Shown here: in pieces, positions 44,554 through 44,730 of the stretch | Numbering within the stretch: the first letter of the stretch is position 1 | Layout of the letters: every line of letters starts with the position of its first letter | DNA from: a virus | Taxonomy: Duplodnaviria; Caudoviricetes | Length of the DNA stretch: 44,730 nt | Virus record (IMG/VR): IMGVR_UViG_3300036815_000121 | Location: 1-44,730 of that record | Reading direction: 5' to 3' (one strand) | Made by a program: the position numbers and the translations under genes | The notes under the pieces: generated by a model | The model's input: only the letters and a program-made list of their open reading frames with translations | Database searches by the model: none | Told to the model about the DNA's origin: nothing

Positions 44554-44730
44554 AGCCGTATAGACCATTGGGGCGCAGTGCCACAAGTAATCGTTTAGGA
44601 CAGAATGACCTGTAAAAACTACCAGTAGCCGGGGGTGGGAAGAACCAAGCAAGAAAACAATGAAACAATAAAGTGTTGAAAAAGTGTATGGAGATATGCT
44701 AAGAACAAAGCTGTGTTGAAGCAAGGAAAA

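Larger units (their letters stand above)
1..44730. mobile_element. Phage-plasmid genome, podovirus-type, probably near-complete
   Basis: TerL, portal, capsid and tail genes plus plasmid-type RepA with iterons; no integrase and no flanking host genes seen. Confidence 0.8.

Noticed and set aside
1-44730. tRNA genes and terminal direct repeats
   Set aside because: No cloverleaf or T-loop motif noticed and the two ends share no visible repeat; tRNAscan and read data are needed to be certain

Overview
The window looks like a near-complete ~44.7 kb temperate phage-plasmid genome with podovirus-type morphogenesis. The host is possibly Acidobacteriota, an inference from one large secreted beta-helix/chitobiase-repeat protein. 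(1) 416-4810 (+): an early cassette array encoding a clamp-loader-like AAA+ ATPase, ArdC, DUF6876 and small unknown proteins. Eight of these genes are preceded by the same hairpin-CCCATAACC-RBS leader, and a complete type II hammerhead ribozyme core follows ardC directly. (2) 4898-15646 (mostly -): accessory genes, including an HNH-AP2 nuclease, a Tat-exported cassette, Zn-finger proteins, an SMC-like ATPase and an RHH regulator. (3) 15766-39774 (-): the virion operon with TerL, portal, scaffold, N4-gp56-like capsid, adaptors, nozzle, ejection proteins, a SleB-like hydrolase and a tail fibre, interrupted by an antisense khpA-like gene. (4) 41603-44553 (+): an RHH gene and a plasmid RepA_C initiator followed by four 19-bp iterons. 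I saw no integrase, ParA/ParB, DNA polymerase or tRNA. The 9-mer ATAACTACA occurs at least 19 times genome-wide. All family calls come from motif recognition by eye; no searches were run.
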